Assembly: GCA_046497485.1 (NCBI GenBank)
Contig: JAWOFP010000032.1
Coordinates: 1 to 16,793 of the forward strand
Direction of reading: 5' to 3'
From: Candidatus Nanohaloarchaea archaeon
GTDB lineage: Archaea > Nanohalarchaeota > Nanosalinia > Nanosalinales > Nanosalinaceae
DNA: 16,793 nt
This document shows positions 16,286 to 16,793 of the stretch, piece by piece. Numbering within the stretch: position 1 is the stretch's first letter; every line of letters begins with the position of its first letter. Made by a program: the position numbers and the translations under genes. Below the pieces are notes generated by a model. It was not told the DNA's origin, ran no database searches, and saw only the letters and a list, made by a program, of their open reading frames with translations.

Positions 16286-16604
16286 GATCCTTCAGGTCGA
16301 GCGACAGTGCGAAGCCGGTGCCACAGGTCTCCAACAGCTCTTTCAATGTCGGAATGTGGGCTGGTAGCTCGCTCCGATCGAGTGTGGAGATGGGGCGCTT
16401 GCGGAGCCCGTTGCGCACCACGCCATCGTGATCGAGGACCGCGGTACCGTCGGCGGTGAGCCACACGTCGCTCTCGAGGCCCGTCGCTCCCAGGCGCAGG
16501 GCCAGCTCGAAGGCTTCCAAGGTGTTGTCCGGCGCATGGGCCTTGGCGCCGCGATGGGCGAACGTGATCGGCGGATCGAGGAGGGAGGGAAGACGCTGTT
16601 GCAC
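16286..16604 (-). CDS. Glycerophosphodiester phosphodiesterase family protein, N-terminal part only (cut at the junction)
   Basis: FAHRGAKAHAPDNTLEAFELA, GLESDVWLTADGTAVLDHD, IPTLKELL, LSLDLKDP; after KDP the frame reads into the antisense strand of the archaeal gene. Confidence 0.88.
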
Positions 16605-16627
16605 TCCGACTCATGATGGCAGGCCCG

Positions 16628-16633
16628 TAGACT
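16628..16633 (+). promoter_or_regulatory. Bacterial -10 element (TAGACT) for a leaderless tatB transcript
   Basis: TANNNT hexamer 6 nt before GTG 16640 with no SD, a common actinobacterial arrangement. Confidence 0.55.
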
Positions 16634-16639
16634 GCCGCC

Positions 16640-16793
16640 GTGTTCAATCTGCAAGGCAGCGAGATCGTGGTGATCCTGCTGCTCGCGCTCGTGGTGCTGG
16701 GGCCCGAGAAGTTGCCGGATGCAGTGCGCAAGTTCACCCAGACCTACGCCGAACTCAAGAAGATGAGCAGCGGGTTCCAGTCGGAGCTGAAAT
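16640..16793 (+). CDS. tatB: Twin-arginine translocase TatA/TatB-family subunit (TatB-like), 3'-truncated by the window edge
   Basis: Hand translation MFNLQGSEIVVILLLALVVLGPEKLPDAVRKFTQTYAELKKMSSGFQSELK, with the conserved Glu8 and GPEKLP hinge. Confidence 0.88.
   Translation, partial: MFNLQGSEIVVILLLALVVLGPEKLPDAVRKFTQTYAELKKMSSGFQSELK

Larger units (their letters stand above)
16281..16793. other. High-GC bacterial (actinobacterial-type) segment joined at a GATC site; probable chimera
   Basis: Abrupt GC rise to ~65%, GC-rich third codon positions, bacterial genes, GDPD cut mid-domain at GGATCC 16285-16290, no AGGCCT. Confidence 0.85.

Noticed and set aside
16173..16604. Track ORF as a complete 143-aa protein
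   Set aside because: Only the part up to ...LDLKDP is GDPD; the rest is read-through into the antisense strand of the archaeal gene across the junction.
16222..16737. Overlapping ORFs 16222-16737, 16343-16654 and 16428-16616
   Set aside because: Shadow frames typical of high-GC DNA; GDPD and tatB explain the region.
1..16793. tRNA, rRNA, CRISPR array, transposase, integrase or defence genes
   Set aside because: None recognised; intergenic gaps are about 100 nt or less and look like promoters or terminators.

Overview
Bases 1-~16285 are a compact archaeal chromosome segment with a strongly acidic proteome and moderate GC (roughly low-40s % by eye). This best fits a nanohaloarchaeon (DPANN); the taxon is an inference. 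Gene order: MscS-family channel (partial, apparently fused to a C39-peptidase-like domain), aIF2-gamma, rpS6e, TrkH/TrkA, a photolyase-family protein, a ~700-aa Ig-like surface protein, an HTH regulator with a perfect upstream palindrome, a histone-fold protein with a coiled-coil tail, two small proteins, an MFS transporter, a metallophosphoesterase/DUF58/MoxR/membrane-protein operon and a 560-aa unknown. At a GATC site (~16286) the sequence jumps to ~65% GC actinobacterial-type DNA (truncated GDPD, start of tatB), most likely a chimeric join. The strongest unexplained signal is the palindrome AGGCCT: about 59 copies by manual count versus about 3 expected, in all three codon phases and in intergenic DNA, and absent from the bacterial tail. 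It resembles a HIP1-like highly iterated palindrome. Other oddities: a probable ATC start codon, aIF2-gamma lacking its Zn knuckle, a photolyase lacking the flavin-N5 Asn and proximal Trp, and a TrkA with a degenerate nucleotide-binding motif.
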